From an uncultured Thermoplasmata archaeon (GTDB lineage Archaea > Thermoplasmatota > Thermoplasmata > Lutacidiplasmatales > UBA184): a stretch of 64,000 bases of DNA. This document shows, in pieces, positions 18,715-27,009 of this stretch. Below the pieces are notes generated by a model. The model searched no databases. It was not told the origin of the DNA and was given only the letters and a program-made list of their open reading frames with translations. The stretch covers positions 1,239,791 through 1,303,790 of the forward strand of contig CAVTJV010000007.1 in assembly GCA_963735185.1 (NCBI GenBank), given 5' to 3'. Every line of letters starts with the position of its first letter. Within the stretch, counting starts at the first letter, position 1. The position numbers and the translations under genes are program-made.

Positions 18715-19293
18715 ATGGAGTACGTGATCGTCCGGGCGACCCACCCGACCTGGCTCACGCTGCAGCTCCCCGCCGAGGTCGCGGAGCTCATCTGCTTCCG
18801 GCCCGAGACGGGACCGCACCGGGACTCCAGCCGTACGATCTCGTTCCTGGCCCGAGGCGCGGGGGTCGTGCGGGTGATCGCCTCGCATCCGGCCCGGGAG
18901 GCCCTCGCGATCGAGACGGTCCGTAACCGCTTCATCGCCTCGGCGCGCCCGGGAGAGCGTCATCTGTTCACCCTTCCCACCCCGGTCGTCCAGCATCTCG
19001 GCCTCCAGGTCTACTCGCGGGGCACGAAGCTGAGGGGAACGGACGACCGGATCATCTGGTTCGTCCCCGCACCCGAGTACTACGAGTATCGTTCCGTCGT
19101 GGAGGCCGGAAAGACCTGGAACGGCCCATCGGGGGCCCCGTTCGCCCGCGTCTACGTCGCAAAATCGCTCTTTCCGTTCCCCAAGGAGTTCCAGCCGCTC
19201 GCGGAGCTCGAGTACCGCATCGAGGAGGAAGAGTGGCGCCCGGCCGTCGAGGCCCTCCAGCGGGTCGGTCGGGGCCGTCGGGTGGTCCTCTAG
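18715..19293 (+). CDS. Hypothetical protein with two AbrB/SpoVT-like segments
   Basis: Two repeats follow the swapped-hairpin pattern: WLTLQLPAEVAELI and LFTLPTPVVQHLGLQV. Family assignment is by eye only. A hairpin plus T-run follows the stop. Confidence 0.45.
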   Translation: MEYVIVRATHPTWLTLQLPAEVAELICFRPETGPHRDSSRTISFLARGAGVVRVIASHPAREALAIETVRNRFIASARPGERHLFTLPTPVVQHLGLQVYSRGTKLRGTDDRIIWFVPAPEYYEYRSVVEAGKTWNGPSGAPFARVYVAKSLFPFPKEFQPLAELEYRIEEEEWRPAVEALQRVGRGRRVVL

Positions 19294-19369
19294 GGGGAGG
19301 CGACGGTTTCCGCCCCCCCAAGTGCCGCCTCTTCAGGCTCCGGGCAGGGGTCGGCCAGGGGAAGACAGG

Positions 19370-19392
19370 AACCGCGGAAACCCGCGGTTTTC
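19370..19392 (+). terminator. Hairpin plus T-run downstream of the 18715..19293 gene
   Basis: AACCGCGG-AAAC-CCGCGGTT has an 8-bp stem and is followed by TTTTCC. It sits about 75 nt after the stop codon and just before the next gene's TATA-like box (ACTTATAC, 19400-19407). Confidence 0.4.
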
Positions 19393-19431
19393 CATAGTTA
19401 CTTATACCGGTCCGAAAGATAGATTCCACCC

Positions 19432-20100
19432 ATGCGGGGACCGGCCAGCGGGACCTCCAAGAGTCCGGGTCCGAAGCGCTACACCCTTCGTAACCCGGTG
19501 CCCCTCCGCACGGAGCAGGACGTGACGACAACTCGTGCCGGGATTCCTACCGACGCCGCATTGTCGTACGCCGCTGGGCCCGTCGATTTCGACTCCTTGG
19601 CGAAGGCGATCCGACGGTCGGTCGGCCACGAGGGGATGCGCCCCGAGGACGCTCGGTCGATTGCGGCCCATGTCCTGAACTTCTTCGGGTTCAACGAGAG
19701 GATCATCGACAACGTCCTCGAGCCGGACGACCGGGACACGTTCTACATGCTCGAGGATACCGGCATCCTGGAGACCGAGCGGGACGAGACGACCCTCTAT
19801 GACGGTCGCGAGTGGCGGATCCACTACTGGATGTTCCGAAAGGAGCGCATCTTCGAGCTGGCCCGCGAGGAGTCGGCCGCCATGGCCGCGGCGGGCGAGG
19901 CGGAGGTCGTCTACTCCTCGAACGCCAACCGCTCGGGAGGGTTCCTGCTCCCGCACGGGGAGACCGGCACGGGGCTCGCCGCCCATGCTGTATATCATGA
20001 GCTCGGGGACGAGATCTGGCTCGAGCGACGCCAGAACCCGATGCCCGCCCCCCCAGCGCCTCCGACCTCCCACCGCCGAGGCCCTGTCCCCGAGCCGTAA
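19432..20100 (+). CDS. Hypothetical conserved-looking protein, 222 aa
   Basis: The core has coding-like composition: RPEDARSIAAHVLNFFGFNERIIDNVLEPDDRDTFYMLEDTGILETERDETTLYDGREWRIHYWMFRK. A TATA-like ACTTATAC lies 28 nt upstream of the ATG. I do not recognise the family. Confidence 0.55.
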   Translation: MRGPASGTSKSPGPKRYTLRNPVPLRTEQDVTTTRAGIPTDAALSYAAGPVDFDSLAKAIRRSVGHEGMRPEDARSIAAHVLNFFGFNERIIDNVLEPDDRDTFYMLEDTGILETERDETTLYDGREWRIHYWMFRKERIFELAREESAAMAAAGEAEVVYSSNANRSGGFLLPHGETGTGLAAHAVYHELGDEIWLERRQNPMPAPPAPPTSHRRGPVPEP

Positions 20101-20158
20101 GCTCGGGCGGCCCTGCGGAACCGTCATCGACTTACCATCGGACGCGTCACCGTTGCCC

Positions 20159-20788
20159 ATGCGCCGATTCTTGGTCCTGGCGCATCGGGTCCCGACCAAC
20201 GGCCAGTTCACCCTGAACGACCTCGCCGGGGGTGCGGGGCGGATGGACGAGGTCGCCCGGGCGGTCTCCACGGCGTTCACCCTCTCAAACGACCTGCGCC
20301 GGGACACCGAGCTGACCGTGCTCTTCGTCGCCGACCCTCCCCCGAAGGCACGGCGGGTCGTCCTCACGGGCGCGAGGCTTCGGTTCCTGAACCCCGACGA
20401 GCGGTCCACTGCGGCCCTCCTCAAGAACGCCCTGGTCCGCTCGGTCGACTTCCCGAGCCCGTTCGAGTCGTCCCCCGGCCTCACGGTGGCGCCCGCGGAC
20501 CCGGCGAGGGAGCTTCGAGCGTTCCTCGCCCAACCGAACCCCGTTTGGCTCTGCGAGGACGGCCGTCCGATCGAGGAGTGGTCCTCGCCCGGGGGGAACA
20601 TCGCCGCGGTCGTCTCCGACCCGTACGACCCAACACCCGACGAGCGCGACCTGCTCGTGTCGACCGGCGTTCCGCGTGCCTCCGTCGGCCCGCGCTCCCT
20701 GAGGACGAGCCAGGTCCTCGACCTCGTCCACCACGAGCTCGACCTCCGGGAGGCGGGACGCTCGTCGGCGGACCCCTCGGCCGGGTAG
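20159..20788 (+). CDS. trmY: tRNA (pseudouridine54-N1)-methyltransferase TrmY (SPOUT, DUF358)
   Basis: MRRFLVLAHRVPTNGQFTLNDLAGGAGRMDEVARAVSTAFTLSNDLRRDT...LNPDERSTAALLKNAL parallels the MJ1640-type TrmY N-terminus. The start is at the internal ATG of the longer 19799 ORF. Confidence 0.7.
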   Translation: MRRFLVLAHRVPTNGQFTLNDLAGGAGRMDEVARAVSTAFTLSNDLRRDTELTVLFVADPPPKARRVVLTGARLRFLNPDERSTAALLKNALVRSVDFPSPFESSPGLTVAPADPARELRAFLAQPNPVWLCEDGRPIEEWSSPGGNIAAVVSDPYDPTPDERDLLVSTGVPRASVGPRSLRTSQVLDLVHHELDLREAGRSSADPSAG

Positions 20789-20792
20789 CCCG

Positions 20793-21824
20793 CTAGTGGA
20801 CGAAGATCGGCCGGGTGACCTCGGCCGTGCTCTCCAACGCCTCGCGGACCGACCTCGGCTTGAGGCCGCCGATCACGGCGGTCAGGTGGACGACCTCCCT
20901 CGGCTCGGGCCGTACCCGGGTCCCGAACACGATCCGGTCGGGCTGGTTGAGCTTCAAGCTGATCGTGCGGAGCACCCGGTCGAGCGTCCGAAGGGTGAGG
21001 TTCGACCCCCCATCGAGGTGGACGAGGGCGGACGGGCGCTCCGAGAGGTGAAAGTCGAGGAGCGAGTCCGTGAGCGCCTGCTGCACCAGCTTCTCGGGCT
21101 CGGAGACATGATACTCGCCGACCAACAGGGTCGAGAGCCCCGCGTCGCGCAGGTGGTTCTTCAGGCTCGCGAGGTCGACGTTCAGCTGCGAGGGGTTCTC
21201 GACCATGTCGACGAGGCTCGATACGAGCGAGTGGAGGTAGGCGTTCCGGACCTGGAACACCCGGTTGATCGGGAGCGACTCGAACCGGCGGAGCTTCTCG
21301 TTCGCGAGCGCGACCAGGAGTCCTCCCATCTGTTCGAGCTCGGAGACCGTCGCTTCTACGTTGTCCCTCCGGGTCTGGTTGTTGTCGATCTCGACCTGGA
21401 ACGGAAGGAAGACGACGGGGACGGCAAGGGTCTCCGTCTTGCGGAGGGCGCGCGACAGGAACGGGAGAAGGGCGCTGCCGGTCCCGCCCCCGAGGCCCGC
21501 GAGCAGGAAGACGATCTCGAGAGGTCGGAGGCGACGCAGCAACTCCTCCTGACCTTCCTCCGCGGCCCGGAGTACGAGGGCCCGGTCCCCTCCGCTGCCT
21601 CGCCCTCGAAGCTCCCGATGGCCGAGCAGGATCCGTTCCTCGACCCCCGTGCGAAGAAGGTGGGCCGCGTCCGTGTTCACCGCGATCGCCCGGACCCCGG
21701 GGATCCCGAGGGCGATCAGGTCCTGGACCGCTTCGCTGCCCGCGCCGCCGAGACCGACGACCCCGATCGAGGGCGCCACCGCGAGGGGGCCCCAGGCGTT
21801 GGCGGTGATCGGGTCGTCGGTCAT
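20793..21824 (-). CDS. ftsZ: FtsZ/tubulin-family GTPase (FtsZ paralogue)
   Basis: IGVVGLGGAGSEAV, AVNTDAAHL, the tubulin signature LLAGLGGGTGSALLP and the T7-like NVDLASL are colinear with FtsZ. The protein is 343 aa with a short C-terminus. Confidence 0.8.
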   Translation of the reverse strand: MTDDPITANAWGPLAVAPSIGVVGLGGAGSEAVQDLIALGIPGVRAIAVNTDAAHLLRTGVEERILLGHRELRGRGSGGDRALVLRAAEEGQEELLRRLRPLEIVFLLAGLGGGTGSALLPFLSRALRKTETLAVPVVFLPFQVEIDNNQTRRDNVEATVSELEQMGGLLVALANEKLRRFESLPINRVFQVRNAYLHSLVSSLVDMVENPSQLNVDLASLKNHLRDAGLSTLLVGEYHVSEPEKLVQQALTDSLLDFHLSERPSALVHLDGGSNLTLRTLDRVLRTISLKLNQPDRIVFGTRVRPEPREVVHLTAVIGGLKPRSVREALESTAEVTRPIFVH

Positions 21825-21839
21825 CGGTCCCCTCGCCGC

Positions 21840-22205
21840 CTAGGGCGGAGGGGACCCCTCGGCTGCGACCGGTTCCCCCTCCCGACGGTGGACCCGGGCG
21901 GTCGGGCTGGCCTGTTCGATCCGGCTGCGGATGTACTCCCGGACGGCGGAACGAACCGCGTCGTCCACGCTGACCGAGTTCCCCTCGCGGACGAACTCTT
22001 CGAGCCGGCTGTTATCCTGCCGGGAGAGCTCGACCACGACCTTGCGGATGTTCTGGGGAGGGAGGTTCAGCTCGATGTACTGGTCGAGCCCCTCCCGGAT
22101 CGTGTCGGAGATCGTCGGGGTCCCCTTGAGCTGCTGAATCTGCTTCAGCTTCTCGAGGAGCTCCTGCGGGATCCGTACCGTCACCCGCTCCGACGTGTCG
22201 ACCAT
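21840..22205 (-). CDS. Ribbon-helix-helix (CopG/CdrS-like) DNA-binding protein, apparently two RHH units
   Basis: The first unit is VTVRIPQELLEKLKQIQQLKGTPTISDTIREGLDQYI. The second is VVVELSRQDNSRLEEFVREGNSVSVDDAVRSAVREYI. Each fits the beta-strand/helix/helix pattern. It lies 15 nt upstream of ftsZ on the same strand. Confidence 0.7.
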   Translation of the reverse strand: MVDTSERVTVRIPQELLEKLKQIQQLKGTPTISDTIREGLDQYIELNLPPQNIRKVVVELSRQDNSRLEEFVREGNSVSVDDAVRSAVREYIRSRIEQASPTARVHRREGEPVAAEGSPPP

Positions 22206-22208
22206 GCC

Positions 22209-22239
22209 CGTCAGACAAGACCCCTATCTTTGTCTGACG
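22209..22239. promoter_or_regulatory. Perfect 10-bp inverted repeat (CGTCAGACAA-n11-TTGTCTGACG) immediately upstream of the RHH gene; candidate operator
   Basis: The arms at 22209-22218 and 22230-22239 are exact reverse complements. They lie 4-34 nt upstream of the RHH start codon (22205, minus strand), with AT-rich TATA-like sequence at about 22258-22268. Confidence 0.4.
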
Positions 22240-22359
22240 AATGACATATCGAAGAACTGGTATATGAAACGAACTGGGCGTCGGTACCGTTCAGTTTTCG
22301 GGAGTCGGCTGTCCGACCACTTCTCGGCTTTCCAAGGGCGGGACGTGGACCTCCCTAGG

Positions 22360-22602
22360 TCAGGGACTCTTTGCTAGAGGACCGGTATCGGGCAGGGTGT
22401 GGAGATTCCGCGGATCGAGGTGGAAGACCCAACATGAGAGGTACCATCCGAAGAACCCGGTCGTGACGATGGCACCTAAAACGAAGGTCCAGAAGAGGAA
22501 GGGGCTCCCGCTCCCGGTCAGATATGCGCCTAGTACGAAAACTACGACGAGACCCCCCGTCGACCCTATCAAAAGCTTCGTGCCTCGACGGACCATCTCC
22601 AT
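22360..22602 (-). CDS. Small 2-TM membrane protein (80 aa; possibly 129 aa from ATG at 22749)
   Basis: It corresponds to the C-terminal part of the 22360..23721 track ORF: MEMVRRGTKLLIGSTGGLVVVFVLGAYLTGSGSPFLFWTFVLGAIVTTGFFGWYLSCWVF. It lies in a lower-GC islet between fhs and the RHH gene. Confidence 0.4.
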   Translation of the reverse strand: MEMVRRGTKLLIGSTGGLVVVFVLGAYLTGSGSPFLFWTFVLGAIVTTGFFGWYLSCWVFHLDPRNLHTLPDTGPLAKSP

Positions 22603-22889
22603 GGTGATTGGAGCGCCCAGCAGATGGGTCCGCACCACGAGAAGTACGGCCCGACGGAATATGAAATCTCCTTGAGACGTCTCCGCTTCCCGTCTGGAGC
22701 TCGAAAGAGGAGGCCCGTCCGAAGCCCGCGAAGTATCGGCAACCGCCATGAATGGAGACGGGGTCTCCAGGAAGAGAGCGTAACTCCGAATACGGAACAG
22801 AACCCTGGGCGTCCGAACCTGCTCCCACCCGGCCTGGAAGGCAGGGACCGGCAGGCCCGGCCTCGGAGCCGGTTCGGAGGCCTCGACCG

Positions 22890-24524
22890 CTAGTGAACGC
22901 CGAGGACCTCGCCGTCCGGCGAGAGGTCGATCTCCTCGGCCGAGGGACGCGAGGGAAGTCCCGGCATCGTCTCGATCGTTCCGAGGTAGACGACCGTGAA
23001 CCCGGCCCCTGCGGACCGGGTCAGCCGGTCCACGGTGACATTGAAATCTCGCGGCCGGCCGAGGACGTGCGGATTGTCGGAGAGGGAGACGGGCGTCTTC
23101 GCGATGCACACCGGCCCCTCGAGCTCCCCGATCCGCCTCAGGAGCTCGAGGTCCTCGAGTGCCTCGGGAGTGCGGTTCACGTGCGTCGCGCCATACAGCC
23201 GGGTCGCGATCGACTCGACCTGGTCGAAGATCGGCATTCCGGGAGCGTTCACCGGGTGGCTCTGATGCCCGAGCGCCGCCGCGGTCTCGACCGCGCGCGC
23301 GAGGTCGACGGTCCCCGAACCGCCCTCGGCGAACCCCTTCGCCTCGACTACCTCGACGCCGCGCGCCTTGCAGAACCGCTGGATGACCTGCGTCTCCTCG
23401 GCCGTGTCCCCGGGGAACCGGTTCAGCGCCACGACGGCGGGAGGCCCGAACGTCTCGATGTTGTCGAGGTGCTGGGCCAGGTTGTCGAGGCCGCGCTCGA
23501 GCGCGGCCCGGTTCGGGCGCTCCGACTCCTCGTCCGAGGCCCCTCCCTGGTACCGGAGTCCGCGCTGGGTCGCGACCAGCACCGCGGCGTCCACGTTCCG
23601 TCCGAGCGTCGGCGTGACGATGTCGATGAACTTCTCTCCACCCAGCTCGGTCGCGAACCCGGCCTCCACGATGGAATACTCGCACGTGGCGAGGCCGAGC
23701 TCGATCGAAAGGCGACTGCACGTGCCGTGGGCGAGGTTACCGAACGGTCCGGCGTGGACGAGCGCCGGTGTGCCCTCGGCGGTCTGCACGAGGTTCGGCT
23801 CGAGCGCGTCGCGCAGCAGCGCGGCCATCGCGCCCGCGCCCTTCAGGTCCGACGGACGAACGGCCGCTCCATCGGTCGTCAGCGCGGCGACGATGCGGCC
23901 GAGCCGGGCCTTCAGGTCCACGTAGTCGCGGGCGAGCGCGAGGATGACCATCACCTCGGAAGCGGCGGTGATGACGAACGAGCTCTCGTGCTCGACGAAC
24001 CGGGGGTCGTGCCCCTTCCCGACGACGATGCGTCGGAGGGCCCGGTCCTCCATGTCGAGCGTCCTCGGCCAGAGGATCCGGTTCGGGTCGATTTGGAGCG
24101 AGTTCCCGTGGAAGATGTGGTTGTCGATGAGGGCGGAGAGGAGGTTGTGGGCGGACGCGACGGAATAGATGTCGCCGGTAAAGCCGAGATTGATCTCCGC
24201 GGACGGCTCGACGGTCGACCGACCGCCACCGGTCGCGCCGCCCTTCACGCCGAAGATCGGCCCGAGCGACGGTTGGCGCAGACAGGGGACGGCCGTGTGA
24301 TGCAGCCGAGAGAACCCGTCGGCGAGCCCGATCGCCGTGACGGTCTTCCCTTCCCCGTGCTTCGTCGGGGTCATCCCGGTGATGAGGATCAGCTTCCCGG
24401 ACGATCTCTTCGCGGCGCGCTCGCGCACGACCGAGACCGGGACCTTGCCAACCCACCGGCCGGCCGAATGGACCTCGTCGGGCCGAAGCCCGAGGGCGGT
24501 TGCCAGGTCGTTGAGGCTTCGCAT
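22890..24524 (-). CDS. fhs: Formate--tetrahydrofolate ligase
   Basis: GKLILITGMTPTKHGEGKTVTAIGL, ...EPNLVQTAEGTPALVHAGPFGNLAHG... and the 544-aa length are colinear with FTHFS. Confidence 0.9.
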   Translation of the reverse strand: MRSLNDLATALGLRPDEVHSAGRWVGKVPVSVVRERAAKRSSGKLILITGMTPTKHGEGKTVTAIGLADGFSRLHHTAVPCLRQPSLGPIFGVKGGATGGGRSTVEPSAEINLGFTGDIYSVASAHNLLSALIDNHIFHGNSLQIDPNRILWPRTLDMEDRALRRIVVGKGHDPRFVEHESSFVITAASEVMVILALARDYVDLKARLGRIVAALTTDGAAVRPSDLKGAGAMAALLRDALEPNLVQTAEGTPALVHAGPFGNLAHGTCSRLSIELGLATCEYSIVEAGFATELGGEKFIDIVTPTLGRNVDAAVLVATQRGLRYQGGASDEESERPNRAALERGLDNLAQHLDNIETFGPPAVVALNRFPGDTAEETQVIQRFCKARGVEVVEAKGFAEGGSGTVDLARAVETAAALGHQSHPVNAPGMPIFDQVESIATRLYGATHVNRTPEALEDLELLRRIGELEGPVCIAKTPVSLSDNPHVLGRPRDFNVTVDRLTRSAGAGFTVVYLGTIETMPGLPSRPSAEEIDLSPDGEVLGVH

Positions 24525-24618
24525 CGTCGCTCCGGATTCCTCGTTCCCGTGCTGGGTCCGAGGGACAGAACGTACGTTCTAGGGGCGCTCTTTATAGAAT
24601 GCCTCTCGTGAACCCGGC

Positions 24619-25587
24619 GTGACCCTGACCCTCGTACCGTTCCCGGTCGACCAGACGACCTCGCTTGCGCTCGCGGCGGGCGCGCTCCGAACCCGCCTCG
24701 CCCCCGGGGAGGATATCCGCGACCTGCTTCCTCCCATCGAGTCGGCGATCCGCTCGGCCCGTGCGACGGGAGGGCTCCTTTCGTCCGAAGGAGAGGCGAG
24801 GGGCATCGTCCTGTGGGAACCGGCCGGTCCGCTCGGTGTCGCGGTCCGGCTCCTGTACCTATCTCCTCCCAACGCCGACCGAGAGCGCTACTGCGCCGCG
24901 CTCGCCCTTACCGAGCGCGCGGCCGGGCCGATCGCCTTCGCCCCCGGGCCGTTGGCAGGACTCTCGGCAGACGAGGAGTCGGCGATCATGCGGGAGCGCG
25001 GATTCGCTCCGTACGGTCGGTCCGAGATGTCGTTTCCGCCGGCCGCACCGGTGCCGACGGTCCCCATGCTGCCCGGAGGCGACGCCCGGCCGGTGCGCCC
25101 GACCGACGAACCCGCTCTCGCTCGGCTGCACGAGAGGGCCTACCGAGACCACCTGGACCGGTACCTCGCGCTCGAGGCCCTCGACCCCGTGCGCGACGCC
25201 GACCGCCAGCTGCGGGAGTACTTCGCCGGTCGTTGGGGGGCGCTCCTTTCGCCGGGCTCGGTCGCCGTCACGCTCGAGGGCCGCCTCGTGGCCGCGGTGA
25301 TCGCCGTCCAGCGTGCGGCCCACGTGCTCATCCTCGACGTGATGACCGAGCCCGCCCTCCAAGGGAGGGGGCTCGGACGCGTGGCGCTCACGAGCGCGGT
25401 CCGGGCGCTGCGCGACCGAAACGTCTCCGCGATCGTCCTCAACGTCACGGAGGGGAACGAACCGGCGGTCCGTCTCTACACGCAGCTAGGGTTCGTTCGG
25501 ACGATGGGGCCCACGCAGGAGTGGTACGACGCCCGACGGATGTCGGTTCGACTCCCCGCCCCCAACGACCGCTGGTCGGTCGTCTAG
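24619..25587 (+). CDS. GNAT family N-acetyltransferase (two GNAT-like halves)
   Basis: The C-terminal acetyl-CoA motif is ILDVMTEPALQGRGLGRVALTSAVRAL...LNVTEGNEPAVRLYTQLGF. The start is GTG, with a TTTATAGAA box about 25 nt upstream. Confidence 0.7.
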   Translation: MTLTLVPFPVDQTTSLALAAGALRTRLAPGEDIRDLLPPIESAIRSARATGGLLSSEGEARGIVLWEPAGPLGVAVRLLYLSPPNADRERYCAALALTERAAGPIAFAPGPLAGLSADEESAIMRERGFAPYGRSEMSFPPAAPVPTVPMLPGGDARPVRPTDEPALARLHERAYRDHLDRYLALEALDPVRDADRQLREYFAGRWGALLSPGSVAVTLEGRLVAAVIAVQRAAHVLILDVMTEPALQGRGLGRVALTSAVRALRDRNVSAIVLNVTEGNEPAVRLYTQLGFVRTMGPTQEWYDARRMSVRLPAPNDRWSVV

Positions 25588-26930
25588 GGTGGACGCTCGG
25601 GGGGCCGGTATCCCAGGTGCCGAAGTGCACGGAACGAGGCGGCCATGATGAGGCCGAAGACGACGAGCGTGCCTCCCGCAGTAAGGTAGGTCCCTTGGAC
25701 CCCCACCGCCACCGTGAGGACCCCTCCGGCGTACTGTCCGACCGGGATGAGGGCCATGCTCCCGACCTCGTCCGCCGAGAAGACGCGGCCCATCATCTCG
25801 TCCGGGACCGTCGCCTGGACGGTGGATAGGAAGACGGTGTTGATCATCCCGGGCATCAGCCCGTAGGCAAAGATGATCGGGAGCGCGAGCCAGATCGAAT
25901 GGACGAGCCCGAGGCCGAGGATTGCGAGTCCCATCGCGAGGGTGAACACGATGATCGCTCGGCCCGCCCGTGGCTCGAACCGGAGCCGGGGCGCGACCAC
26001 GAAGCCGACCGCGACCCCGAGGGTCGAGGTCCCGACGATCGCCCCGTACCAGATCCCTTGGGTTAGGTTCAGCCAGCTCGCGACGTAGAGGGCCAGCTCG
26101 ACGAGCGCGACCGCCGAAAGGAAGTTCGTGACGAGGGCGGCGACCGTGGCCTGGAGGAGTCCCCGCCGCCGAGCGAGGTACACGTATCCCTCCGTCGCGG
26201 CCTTGAGCACCGAGCGGGCGGGGCCGCGGCGGGAGACCGAGAAGTCCGCGTGGACGAAGAGCAACGCCACCTGCACGGCGAAGAACAACAGGAACGCCAC
26301 GCTGAGGGCGTAGGCGGGGGCGACGAACGTGAGGACCACCCCGACGATCACGCTGGCGAGCGCGCTCACGCCGGCCGCGACCGCGTAGATCACGCCGTTC
26401 GCGGTCGGGAGTTCGGCGGTCCCTACGAGGCGCGGCAACGACGCGTTGAATGCCGGTCGGAACAGCGTGGCGGTCACCGCGACCCCCGCCCAGCACGGAT
26501 AGAGCAGGAGGACCCAGAGCGGGATGTAGAACCCTCCCGGCCCCGGGAGCGACACGTGCGCCGACGGCAGGAAGACCAGATCGCTCACCAGGGCGGCGGT
26601 CGCGAGGAGAGAGCCGAGGTTCACGGTCCGCATCAGGACCGCCCGGTCGAACCGGTCCGCGAGGGCCCCCGAAAAGAACGCGGCCGCGAGCGTCGGGAGG
26701 GCCGACGAGAGCCCCAGAAACGCGAGGGCGAGCGCGCCGTAAGTCGTGCGTTCCCCGGCGGGGTACGCGAACGCGATACCGTAGAGCAGGACGACGAGGA
26801 CCGCGGAGGGGGCGGCGAACTGGAGGGCGCCGGCGGTCAGGAACGCCGTGAACGAGCGCTGCCGGAACAGCGCCCCGTACCGGCTCAGGGGATTCCGCCT
26901 CCGGGCGACGCCGACCCGCTCCATCGACAA
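25584..26930 (-). CDS. MFS transporter
   Basis: It has about 12 hydrophobic helices and the MFS loop motif GALADRFDR between TM2 and TM3. Confidence 0.75.
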   Translation of the reverse strand: MSMERVGVARRRNPLSRYGALFRQRSFTAFLTAGALQFAAPSAVLVVLLYGIAFAYPAGERTTYGALALAFLGLSSALPTLAAAFFSGALADRFDRAVLMRTVNLGSLLATAALVSDLVFLPSAHVSLPGPGGFYIPLWVLLLYPCWAGVAVTATLFRPAFNASLPRLVGTAELPTANGVIYAVAAGVSALASVIVGVVLTFVAPAYALSVAFLLFFAVQVALLFVHADFSVSRRGPARSVLKAATEGYVYLARRRGLLQATVAALVTNFLSAVALVELALYVASWLNLTQGIWYGAIVGTSTLGVAVGFVVAPRLRFEPRAGRAIIVFTLAMGLAILGLGLVHSIWLALPIIFAYGLMPGMINTVFLSTVQATVPDEMMGRVFSADEVGSMALIPVGQYAGGVLTVAVGVQGTYLTAGGTLVVFGLIMAASFRALRHLGYRPPERPP

Positions 26931-27009
26931 TAAGCCTGTCGGCGGGCGAGGCGCCGTCTACGAAACCCGCTTGTACTTCCCGCACGTCCCCGAGGTCTCG
27001 GAGCGGACC

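Noticed and set aside
22752-24611. 619-aa plus-strand ORF
   Set aside because: It is antisense to formate-tetrahydrofolate ligase, which is unmistakable on the minus strand. Its composition is shadow-ORF-like.
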